Shown here: piece by piece, positions 6,737 through 15,164 of the stretch
Layout: every line of letters starts with the position of its first letter
How positions within the stretch are numbered: the first letter of the stretch is position 1
Source: Patescibacteria group bacterium
GTDB lineage: Bacteria; Patescibacteriota; Minisyncoccia; Minisyncoccales; GWA2-38-27
Assembly: GCA_020148045.1 (NCBI GenBank)
Contig: JAHCRG010000006.1
Location: 137,909-201,908 of the forward strand
Length of the DNA: 64,000 nucleotides
Reading direction: 5' to 3'
Translations under genes and position numbers: made by a program
Notes under the pieces: model-generated
What the model was told of the DNA's origin: nothing
What the model saw: the letters and a program-made list of their open reading frames with translations, nothing else
The model's database searches: none

Positions 6737-8467
6737 TTAATTCATCTCTATTTTGTAAACTTCTGAGTTGTTGAGAAGATGGATTGTTTTGTTGTCTGAG
6801 GAGATATCAAGATCTTTGAGATTATCAAATTTTTGGCTTTGGAATTGCTTGATGATTTTGCCTTTTTTATCAATAATAACAACTCTGTTTTTTACTGGTT
6901 CTAAAAGATAAAGATAGGGGATATCTGCTTTGGTTTTGATTTGAGTAATATTTTCTGGAAATGGGAAGAAATCAGGGATTATAGTTTCTTGAAAAGAACC
7001 AGCATAGTAGCGAAGGACTGAATTATCTTCGTTCAAAATCCAAACTGAACCGTCAACTGTCATTGATTTTGGCTCAGAGCAAGGGCCTTTATCTTTCGTC
7101 CATTTTTTAGGAGAGCCCCAATTTAGAGCCCCTAAGAGAGAATATTTAATAATCTCGCAAGTTTTTTTGTCTAAGAAGTAAAGATTGGAAAGGTAAGAAG
7201 CGGATAAATCAAAATTAAATTCAAATGAAGGTGGGTCAACAAGAGAGCTGGAAGGAGAAGAGAACAAGCTTGAATCCGGTTCATTTACAAGTTCGGGATT
7301 TTCAATCTTTTCTAATTTGTTTAAATTTTCCAAGTTTTCTTCAATTGATTGTTTTAAATCAATTATATCAGAAGTTTTTGTTTCGGTTAAAGGTAAAATT
7401 TCTTTCCAGGCCTCTTTAAAAAGAGAATTGGCTTCTTCTTCGTTTTTAAAAATTAAAAAGCTTTCTGCCTGATTAACTTTTTCTTGTATCTTAGCTAAAG
7501 AGGTTCTAATTTCTTTTTCTTTTCTTCCCACTGCTTGTTTAAAAATTAAAAATCCCAGGAGGAGAACAGAAGCTAAGACAAGAATCAGAATTAGCTTTTT
7601 CTTAATGTTTGTCTTGGGACGAAGTTTTTCTATTATAGGGCCTGGTGTAGGTATTTTTATTTTTGGCAATTTTATCTTTGGCAAATTTGGCTTTTTGATA
7701 ATCTTCGGAAGTTTAAAGGGAAATCTAATTTTTGGAAAGGAGAATTTCTTTTCGCTTTGAAAAAGAATCGCTTTGCCTCTTTTTGTTGGTTCTGTTTTTA
7801 CAACAGAGAGGAGGCAAGTCCCAGAAACTTTTGAGCCCTCGCCTTTAGTAAAAAGAGAAGAGGGTAAAATTTCTTTTATTTTTTTTCCATTAATATTTTC
7901 GCTTTGAGCGATTTTAGTCAATAGATTTTGCTGAAGGAAAAATTCAAAAATCTCCTTGGTCAAAACCAAGATTTTATCATCTTGAGTTAATTTGCCTGAA
8001 ACAACATTAAGAAAAATTTTCAAAGGATAGGGTTCAATTTCCCGGAGGTCTAAGTTTTTACCAATATCAATTATTTGTCCGGCTCTTAACAGCAAAATTT
8101 TAATATCGCCGGTTTTAGTAAAAATTAAATTAAAATCTTTTAAAGAAAAAACAGCAAAGTTTAAGTTTCCCAGCCAGCTGACATTTTCCTTTTTTACTTT
8201 TTCAGCTAAATATTCATTTGTTTTTTTTAAACTTTGCGAAAGAGCTTTTTCAGGAAATTTTTGGGAAAAAGTATAATAGCTTTTCTTGATAGCTTTAGCA
8301 ATATCATCTAAAAGTTTTAGATTTTGGGGCAGAACGTTCCGAAGTTCTCCAACAACGTATAAATTTCCTAGGTTCTTCTCGTAGATATTTTCCGGTTCAT
8401 AAATAAAACTGTCAAAGATTTGGTCTTCTTTTAGTTTAGGGTTAAAATGTAGTTCAAATACTTGCAT
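6737..8467 (-). CDS. Hypothetical membrane protein: N-terminal weak PP2C/SpoIIE-like region, central TM, C-terminal beta-rich domain
   Basis: Long ORF. I prefer the start at MQVFELHF (8467), because the longer ORF start at 8509 lies only 5 nt from tRNA-Val (8514). TM segment LILILVLASVLLLGFLIF. The functional assignment is weak. Confidence 0.6.
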   Translation of the reverse strand: MQVFELHFNPKLKEDQIFDSFIYEPENIYEKNLGNLYVVGELRNVLPQNLKLLDDIAKAIKKSYYTFSQKFPEKALSQSLKKTNEYLAEKVKKENVSWLGNLNFAVFSLKDFNLIFTKTGDIKILLLRAGQIIDIGKNLDLREIEPYPLKIFLNVVSGKLTQDDKILVLTKEIFEFFLQQNLLTKIAQSENINGKKIKEILPSSLFTKGEGSKVSGTCLLSVVKTEPTKRGKAILFQSEKKFSFPKIRFPFKLPKIIKKPNLPKIKLPKIKIPTPGPIIEKLRPKTNIKKKLILILVLASVLLLGFLIFKQAVGRKEKEIRTSLAKIQEKVNQAESFLIFKNEEEANSLFKEAWKEILPLTETKTSDIIDLKQSIEENLENLNKLEKIENPELVNEPDSSLFSSPSSSLVDPPSFEFNFDLSASYLSNLYFLDKKTCEIIKYSLLGALNWGSPKKWTKDKGPCSEPKSMTVDGSVWILNEDNSVLRYYAGSFQETIIPDFFPFPENITQIKTKADIPYLYLLEPVKNRVVIIDKKGKIIKQFQSQKFDNLKDLDISSDNKTIHLLNNSEVYKIEMN

Positions 8468-8513
8468 GATAGTTCTATTTATTATAATATATATAAAAAT
8501 GGTGAGCAATCTT

Positions 8514-8586
<73 letters not shown>

Positions 8587-8699
8587 CAATGGCATCATTA
8601 GAGTAGCTTTTTGGTTCTTTCACCAAGTTTCACCAGAGTTTACTCTCTGCACAATGATGTCAGCAAGCCCTCACACCAAAATTAGTAGTGTGACGGGCA

Positions 8700-8748
8700 A
8701 GGGAGAGTTTGGCGTTCCCTCTCCGGCCAATACTCTCCCTCTTTTTTT
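8700..8748 (+). terminator. Terminator closing the tRNA-Val transcription unit
   Basis: agggagag (8700-8707) pairs with ctctccct (8734-8741), followed by a T7 run. Confidence 0.55.
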
Positions 8749-8767
8749 AAAACAAAAGCCCAGCTTC

Positions 8768-9442
8768 TCATTGCTGAGCTTTTATTTCATCTATACCCCT
8801 TTTGTAATAGTCCTCCAAACTCTTCCAGCCCCAATAAATCATTAGTATCAGACCTAAATCAATCAAGAAAATGGAAAGATTAATTAAAGGAAATCCTTGG
8901 TATTTTTCAATACTTAAGGAAAATAGCCAAACCAGAATTACAGTAAAACCGCAGCCAGTTTTCCTTCGCCCCCATTTATTGGGAGAAAGATCAATTTTTA
9001 TCCCTTTAATGTAATAGTAGAAAGCTCCAATACATCCAGCAATAAAAATTGCTCCAACTATTGAAAGCATCAAAATTCCCAAAGCAGTGGTAAGGCCGTT
9101 AGTATAGAAGGGTAGGTTCGTTAACTTCCAACGATTGTGCCAGATTAAAACCATCAATGCTGGATAAATAAAAACATGGTCTGCTAGTATGTCTAAAATA
9201 GAACCAAACACACTTTTACCGTAACGTCGTGCGATCGGCCCATCAATACAATCGGTGAAAGTAGCGAGCCCGCCCAAAATATCTATTAACCAGAGTCGGT
9301 CGGGATTATTAATGGCTGTAAGCAAAAACCAAACAGCCATTACCAATCTACTTAAAGTAATACTGTTGGCTAGGTTTTGTTGCAGCCAAGTTGGTATCAA
9401 ACGAATCTTTTCTCTTATATATTCAGAGATTTTTCTGTTCAT
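8768..9442 (-). CDS. CDP-alcohol phosphatidyltransferase family protein
   Basis: Motif DCIDGPIARRYGKSVFGSILDILADH, which is DG(x)2AR(x)8G(x)3D(x)3D. Multiple TM segments. Confidence 0.85.
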   Translation of the reverse strand: MNRKISEYIREKIRLIPTWLQQNLANSITLSRLVMAVWFLLTAINNPDRLWLIDILGGLATFTDCIDGPIARRYGKSVFGSILDILADHVFIYPALMVLIWHNRWKLTNLPFYTNGLTTALGILMLSIVGAIFIAGCIGAFYYYIKGIKIDLSPNKWGRRKTGCGFTVILVWLFSLSIEKYQGFPLINLSIFLIDLGLILMIYWGWKSLEDYYKRGIDEIKAQQ

Positions 9443-9513
9443 TTCATTCTCCTTTCATTTTTCAGTTGAGAAGGAACATTTTTGTTTTTTGTTGGATGTA
9501 GTATAATATAATA

Positions 9514-9894
9514 ATGAGTATTTTTTTGCAAGGATTAATTTGGCAGTTTTTTGATGTGCCAAAAGCAATTTTAAAGGGCTGGAAAAATTTTCTTTTGTTT
9601 AATTTAAATTATTTTTCAGTTCCTATTCTTTTGAAAACCTTTTTTTCTCATTGGCGCAGATATCATTATCCTTATGGAAAAGTATTTGAGGCATGGAAAA
9701 ACATTGAGACATTTGTTTTTAATATGATGTCCAGAATTATTGGGGCTCTTTTAAGAACCATTTTTATAATTTTGGGACTATTCATAGAAGCTTTAATAAT
9801 TTTAGGAGGAACGATAGTATTTTTTGGCTGGCTTTTATTGCCAGTTTTATTATTGGCAGGATTATTATTCGGCTTAAAGCTCGTTTTTTACTAA
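9514..9894 (+). CDS. Small polytopic membrane protein, function unknown
   Basis: 126-aa ORF with three hydrophobic segments. TATAAT (9502-9507) lies 6 nt upstream of the ATG. Confidence 0.6.
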   Translation: MSIFLQGLIWQFFDVPKAILKGWKNFLLFNLNYFSVPILLKTFFSHWRRYHYPYGKVFEAWKNIETFVFNMMSRIIGALLRTIFIILGLFIEALIILGGTIVFFGWLLLPVLLLAGLLFGLKLVFY

Positions 9895-9910
9895 TTTTGT
9901 TTCATGACCT

Positions 9911-12412
9911 ATGTTCAACTTTAATCTTAAAAAAGCAAAGATATATCAAGCGGTGAAATGGGAAAAGTTTTCGTTTTTTAGATTTGCTAAAATTTTAAAG
10001 ATATTGTTTTTTGTTTTGTTTGTTTTAGTGTTTTTAGCATTTCTTTATGGATTTGTGCCGGAGAATTTCTCGCCAGAGACCAACAGGACTCTATTAGGTC
10101 TTTCAATAATTTTTCTTGTTTCAACTCTGAGTTCTTGGATTAAAGAAAGCTTTTTTAATTTAAAATTAAAAAAGCCAGAGCTTAAAGCTAATATTAGTGA
10201 AGCATTATTAGATCCGGAGAGCTATAACCTGGCTGAGTTTTTAAGCTTTGAAGCAGCTAAGGCGGTTAGTAAGTCCAAATTAAGCTCAACTCGTCTTTTT
10301 TATTTTATTTTAATTGATAACCCGAAATTAGATTTTATTTTCTTACGCGCCCTTTTGGATTCCAACGAGATTAAAAAAATATTAAAGAAAGAGTTAAAGG
10401 CCAAAGAATCCGATAATTTTCAAAGAACTATTCTTGAGGCCTTGGGAATAGCCCAGAAAAAAAATCATACCAGAATTGAAATAGGGGATGTCCTATCTGC
10501 TCTTGCCAAGCATAACCTGATTTTTAAAAGGATTTTAGTTAAACATAAACTCAAAGCCGAGGATATTGAAAATTTAACCTGGTGGTTGGAAAATATTAAA
10601 GAAAAAATCAAAAAAAGGAAAAGGTTCTGGGAATATGAAAATTTAGCTAAAAGAGGAACATTGGCTAAAGAATGGACAGCTGGTTATACGATAGCTTTAG
10701 ATAGATATTCCAAAGATTTAACTGATTCAATTAGGAAGAAGGATTTAGAATTTGTTGGCCATAAAGAAGAAATGAAGAGGATAGAAAGAATTTTAGCTAG
10801 AAGAGAAATTAATAATGTTTTAATAATTGGGGAACCAGGCACAGGAAAAAGAAGCATGGTTTATGCTTTAACCCAGATGAGTTTATTAGGCAGAAGTTTG
10901 CCTGGGGTGAGTTACAAGAGGGTGGTTGAATTAGATGTGCCGGCTTTACTGGCTCAACTTGAAAGTATGGAAGATGTTGAAGCTACTTTAGATAAAATTT
11001 TCCAGGAAGTAGTTTTGGCTGGCAATATTATTTTGGTGATTGATGGATTCCACAACTATATTGGCCAAGTTTCCAGGCCAGGAATAATTGATATTTCAGG
11101 AGTTATCGCACCCTATTTACGTTTTCCCCAATTTCAAATTGTAGCAATTACAACTTACGAAGGTCTTCACAGATATATTGAAAAAAATCCTTCTATCTTA
11201 TCTCTTTTTGGGAAAGTAGAGGTTTCAGGAATCTCCCAAAGGGAGACGCTTGTGCTTTTGGGGTATTTAACCTTTGCTCTTGAGAAAAGATACAAAATCT
11301 TTATTTCTTATCCTGCTATGCGAGAGATAATTTCTTTGACTGACCGTTATTTCCCTTCCCTTCATTTTCCCGAGAAAGCCATAGACATTTTAGATGAAGT
11401 AGCAGTTTATGTTGCGGGCTCAACAAGAGAAAAAGTAGTTTTGCCAAAGCATATAGCTAAGATTATTACCGAAAAGACCGAGATTCCGGTGGGAGAGATA
11501 GAGGCGAAAGAAAGAGAGGTTTTACTCAATTTAGAAAATTTAATTCATCAAAGAATTATTAATCAGGACGAAGCAGTAAAAGAAGTTTCAACTGCCCTTC
11601 GGAGAGCCAGGTCAGAAGTTACAGTAAGAAAAGGTTCAATGGGTTGCTTTTTGTTTTTAGGACCTACCGGGGTTGGTAAAACCGAAACCTCAAAAGCCCT
11701 GGCAGAGTATTATTTTGGTTCAGAAAAGAAGATGATAAGATTAGATATGTCAGAGTTTCAAGATATAAAAGACATCCCTAGATTGATTGGTTCTGCAACT
11801 GAGACAGGGCTTTTAACAACTCCGGTTCGGGAAAATCCCTTTTCTTTAATTCTTTTGGATGAAATTGAAAAAGCTAATCACAATATTTTGAATTTATTTT
11901 TACAGGTTCTTGATGAAGGTCATTTAACAGATGGTTTTGGAAGAAAGGTTGATTTTAAAAATTCAATAATTATTGCCACCAGTAATGCTGGTTATAAGGT
12001 GATTTTGGAAGCTTTAAAAAGAAAAACCGAATGGGCAGGAGTAAAACAAAAACTTTTAGATTATCTTTTTGAGAAAAGAATATTTAGACCAGAATTTATC
12101 AATCGTTTTGATGCAGTTGTCGTTTTCAGGCCCTTAACCAAAGAAAACCTTTTAGATATTGCTCAGCTGATGTTATCAAAATTAAAAAAGAATCTTCAAA
12201 AAAAAGGCATTGAATTTATAATTACAGAACCCCTCAAAGAAAAAGTAGTTGAATTAGGCTATAGCCCGGTTTTCGGGGCAAGGGCAATGAGAAGGGTTAT
12301 TCAGGATAAAGTAGAAAATGTTTTAGCTTCTGCCTTGCTTTCCGGCCAACTAAAAAGAGGGGATAGAGTAGAACTTGACCCAAAGAAATTTAAACTGATT
12401 ATTAATCCTTAA
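9911..12412 (+). CDS. Membrane-anchored ClpB/ClpC-like double AAA+ ATPase with a degenerate D1 module
   Basis: N-terminal TM segments, then Clp R-type repeats. D1 has GEPGTGKRS and ILVIDGFHN. D2 has the canonical GPTGVGKTE and LILLDEIEKA. The ClpB D2-small domain is present. Confidence 0.85.
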   Translation: MFNFNLKKAKIYQAVKWEKFSFFRFAKILKILFFVLFVLVFLAFLYGFVPENFSPETNRTLLGLSIIFLVSTLSSWIKESFFNLKLKKPELKANISEALLDPESYNLAEFLSFEAAKAVSKSKLSSTRLFYFILIDNPKLDFIFLRALLDSNEIKKILKKELKAKESDNFQRTILEALGIAQKKNHTRIEIGDVLSALAKHNLIFKRILVKHKLKAEDIENLTWWLENIKEKIKKRKRFWEYENLAKRGTLAKEWTAGYTIALDRYSKDLTDSIRKKDLEFVGHKEEMKRIERILARREINNVLIIGEPGTGKRSMVYALTQMSLLGRSLPGVSYKRVVELDVPALLAQLESMEDVEATLDKIFQEVVLAGNIILVIDGFHNYIGQVSRPGIIDISGVIAPYLRFPQFQIVAITTYEGLHRYIEKNPSILSLFGKVEVSGISQRETLVLLGYLTFALEKRYKIFISYPAMREIISLTDRYFPSLHFPEKAIDILDEVAVYVAGSTREKVVLPKHIAKIITEKTEIPVGEIEAKEREVLLNLENLIHQRIINQDEAVKEVSTALRRARSEVTVRKGSMGCFLFLGPTGVGKTETSKALAEYYFGSEKKMIRLDMSEFQDIKDIPRLIGSATETGLLTTPVRENPFSLILLDEIEKANHNILNLFLQVLDEGHLTDGFGRKVDFKNSIIIATSNAGYKVILEALKRKTEWAGVKQKLLDYLFEKRIFRPEFINRFDAVVVFRPLTKENLLDIAQLMLSKLKKNLQKKGIEFIITEPLKEKVVELGYSPVFGARAMRRVIQDKVENVLASALLSGQLKRGDRVELDPKKFKLIINP

Positions 12413-12435
12413 TAATAAAAACAAGAAATAAAACA

Positions 12436-12466
12436 GGCCGGGTGGTCTTTGACCACTCGGCCTTTT
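12436..12466. terminator. Bidirectional intrinsic terminator
   Basis: ggccgggtggtc-ttt-gaccactcggcc plus tttt, between convergent genes. Confidence 0.8.
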
Positions 12467-12471
12467 GCTTT

Positions 12472-13311
12472 TTAAAATTCTATAGCTATTGCCGTAGCTT
12501 CTGGGTAGTCTTCGTGGGTTAAGGATTTCTTATCATCTGCAATTTGGCGGGTAGCTTCTAGGATAGCATACAGCCCACCCTTTTTATAAAGCCGGATTAT
12601 TTCTCCTGCCATTCCTAATTCATTTTTTGTCCATTCAAACGGAATGAGACCGTCAGAGAAAAGAAGCAAAAACCCTATTCCCGCCCGCGGAAGTGTAAAT
12701 TTCTGCCAAAAATGTTCAAATTCAGGCTGACCATTAAGAAGAGCAAATCCTCCTTGCTTAGTGTTGATATTGGCTCGTCGCTTTTCTGTAAGAATGGGGC
12801 GGAATTCCTCCCACATTTTCTGCCTATCTCCTTTATGTTTTTTCATAAGCTCTGCGATAATGAGAAGAAGTTCCTCCTCGTAACTATATGTTTTGTTAGG
12901 GGTTGCTCCAAGGGTTCCGTCTTTTGTTTGCCATATTGCTAGAGCATCTCCTCCTTGAAGAATGTGGATATTCGTAGTGTTTACAGATGCTACAACAAAA
13001 GCAGCAGAAGGAAGCAATTCTGATTCCTTTAGAGATAAACCACTTGCCTCAATATCCTGGCGAATCAAGCTATTTGCTCTCCGAACAATGCCTTCCAAAG
13101 AAGATGTTGCTGGAGAGGCATTTCTAAAAGCATAAGAAATAATATGTGATGCAAGTTGACCACCTGTCATTCCGTGAAAAAGTGTTGGACCTTCGTCAGG
13201 AAGATAAATTCCGGTTATGCCATCAGTTACAGCATAGTAATAAGGGGGCTGGAAAATAATCCCATCTTCAGGGATACGCGCACTACCTTGATCATACAAA
13301 ACCTTTATCAT
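12472..13311 (-). CDS. Hypothetical protein, possible PPM/PP2C-like phosphatase fold
   Basis: 279-aa ORF with an RBS aaaggag. Weak motifs AVTDGITG and LLLFSDGL resemble PP2C metal-binding segments. Confidence 0.6.
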   Translation of the reverse strand: MIKVLYDQGSARIPEDGIIFQPPYYYAVTDGITGIYLPDEGPTLFHGMTGGQLASHIISYAFRNASPATSSLEGIVRRANSLIRQDIEASGLSLKESELLPSAAFVVASVNTTNIHILQGGDALAIWQTKDGTLGATPNKTYSYEEELLLIIAELMKKHKGDRQKMWEEFRPILTEKRRANINTKQGGFALLNGQPEFEHFWQKFTLPRAGIGFLLLFSDGLIPFEWTKNELGMAGEIIRLYKKGGLYAILEATRQIADDKKSLTHEDYPEATAIAIEF

Positions 13312-13417
13312 TGGTTACTCCTTTCTTTCATTTTTTGATTTTCAAATAACATTGGTTATGACAACAGCGCCATAACACTTGAATTGTATCATAGTATATC
13401 AAATCTGTCAAGATTTT

Positions 13418-13534
13418 GTGGGTGTGAAAAAAATGTGGAAAAGTATGGGTTGACGGGGGTATATGAAGTGGGGTATAAAGAAAGCAGAGTGTATAATTGT
13501 GGAAAACTATGGGAAAACCCCTAGTTTTTGTGGA
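13418..13534 (+). promoter_or_regulatory. mraZ promoter region with phased GTGG(G/A)/ATGGG boxes (candidate MraZ operators)
   Basis: Boxes at 13418, 13435, 13445, 13468, 13499, 13509 and 13530. Two pairs are spaced exactly 10 bp apart. TTGACG (13450) and TGTATAAT (13490-13497) are promoter candidates. Confidence 0.5.
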
Positions 13535-13539
13535 AAACT

Positions 13540-13971
13540 ATGTTTATTGGAGAATATTGTCATATTATAGATACTAAAAAACGTTTATCTCTTCCAGCTA
13601 AATTTCGAAGAGAGCTCGGTAAAAAAGTAACAGTGACTAGGGGTTTTGAGAATTGTTTGGCTATTTATCCAGAAAAAGAATGGAAGATAGTAACAGATAA
13701 GTTAGAAAAATTGCCAACAAGTCAAATTGGAGTCAGAAGTTTTAGCAGAGTTATTCTTGCTGGTGCCATGGAGGTTAGCTTAGATAAGCTAGGAAGAATT
13801 CTTATTCCAGATTATTTAAAAAAATACGCTGGTTTAAAAAAGAATGTTATAATCTGCGGACTCTCTAACAAGTTAGAAGTTTGGGATGTTCAGAAATGGG
13901 AAATATACCGGAAGAGAGCTGAAAAGGATATTGAGAAGGTTGGAGAGCAATTACCAGAGTTGGGAATTTAA
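13540..13971 (+). CDS. mraZ: Transcriptional regulator MraZ
   Basis: MFIGEYCHIIDTKKRLSLPAKFR and a second SpoVT-AbrB repeat (GRILIPDYL). Located at the head of the dcw cluster. Confidence 0.9.
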   Translation: MFIGEYCHIIDTKKRLSLPAKFRRELGKKVTVTRGFENCLAIYPEKEWKIVTDKLEKLPTSQIGVRSFSRVILAGAMEVSLDKLGRILIPDYLKKYAGLKKNVIICGLSNKLEVWDVQKWEIYRKRAEKDIEKVGEQLPELGI

Positions 13972-13979
13972 ATTAAAAA

Positions 13980-14822
13980 ATGCACATACCTGTTCTTCAA
14001 AAAGAAGTTTTACAATATTTAGATCCAAAGCCAAATGAAAATTTTATTGATGCAACGATTGATGGCGGGGGACATACTATTACTATCCTCGGGAAAATTA
14101 AGCCAAATGGGAAAGTATTGGGGATTGAAATTGACCCAGAAATTTATCAGAAATTGGAGTCAAAGAATTTAGACAGATTAGTTTTAACAAATGATTCTTA
14201 TGTAAATTTAAAAAGCATCCTTGAGAAAAGTAATTTCAGACCGGTTAATGGAATATTATTTGACCTTGGAATGTCAAGCTGGCACTTGGAAGAATCGGGC
14301 AGGGGATTTACATTTTTAAAAGATGAGCCACTTGATATGAGATATAGTTTAGAGAATAATTTAACTGCTGAAAAAATTATAAATAATTATTCTCAAGAAG
14401 AGATTGAAAAAATATTGAAAGAATACGGAGAAGAGAGATTTGCCAGAAGAATTGCTAAAAGAATTATAAAAGAAAGGCCCATTAAGACAACTCTTCAACT
14501 GGTAGAGATTATTAAAAGAGTAGTCCCGGGGAGAACAAAGATTAACCCAGCCACCCGAACATTTCAGGCATTAAGGATTGCTGTTAATGATGAGCTAAAT
14601 AACTTAAGGAAAGTTTTACCCCAAACAATAGAAGTTTTAGCGCCAGGGGGAAAGATTGTCATAATTTCCTTTCATTCTTTAGAAGATAGAATTGTCAAGA
14701 ATTTTTTCAAAAGTTCAAATTTAAATATCTTAACAAAAAAACCAGTAAGACCTTCAAAAGAAGAAATTAAAATTAACCCCCGCTCGCGTAGCGCGAAGCT
14801 CCGAGCAGCGGTAAAACAATAA
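13980..14822 (+). CDS. rsmH: 16S rRNA (cytosine1402-N4)-methyltransferase RsmH
   Basis: HIPVL, DATIDGGGHT, FDLGMSSWHLEE..RGFTF, ISFHSLEDR. Confidence 0.92.
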   Translation: MHIPVLQKEVLQYLDPKPNENFIDATIDGGGHTITILGKIKPNGKVLGIEIDPEIYQKLESKNLDRLVLTNDSYVNLKSILEKSNFRPVNGILFDLGMSSWHLEESGRGFTFLKDEPLDMRYSLENNLTAEKIINNYSQEEIEKILKEYGEERFARRIAKRIIKERPIKTTLQLVEIIKRVVPGRTKINPATRTFQALRIAVNDELNNLRKVLPQTIEVLAPGGKIVIISFHSLEDRIVKNFFKSSNLNILTKKPVRPSKEEIKINPRSRSAKLRAAVKQ

Positions 14823-14825
14823 ACA

Positions 14826-15164
14826 ATGAACAATACTCTAACACTAAACCATCCATTGATTATAAGACCCCTAAAAGGGCCAATTACTTTGAGGTTATTT
14901 TGGCTTTTAACCATTTTATCAGTAGCCGCTCTTTTGGCTTTTTATGTTTTTCAAATTAATGCAGTAGTTTCAGAAAGATACTTAATTCAAAAATACGAAA
15001 AAAGAATAAGTGAGATTTCAATGGAAAATCAAAATTTAGAAATTAGTTCGGCCCAGACGAATTCTTTAGATAATATCACAGCGCTCTTGGGGGAACTTAA
15101 TTTTGAGAAAGCAGATAAAATTCATTACATCCGAGTTTTAGATACTCAAGTTGTTGCAAAATGA
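14826..15164 (+). CDS. ftsL: FtsL-like cell division protein
   Basis: 112 aa with a single TM followed by a coiled-coil segment. Sits in the canonical position between rsmH and the PBP gene. Confidence 0.6.
   Translation: MNNTLTLNHPLIIRPLKGPITLRLFWLLTILSVAALLAFYVFQINAVVSERYLIQKYEKRISEISMENQNLEISSAQTNSLDNITALLGELNFEKADKIHYIRVLDTQVVAK

Noticed and set aside
8654-8845. 63-aa ORF downstream of tRNA-Val.
   Set aside because: It runs through the trailer hairpins and the terminator and into the convergent gene's 3' end. It has no RBS, so the region is more simply explained as structured RNA.
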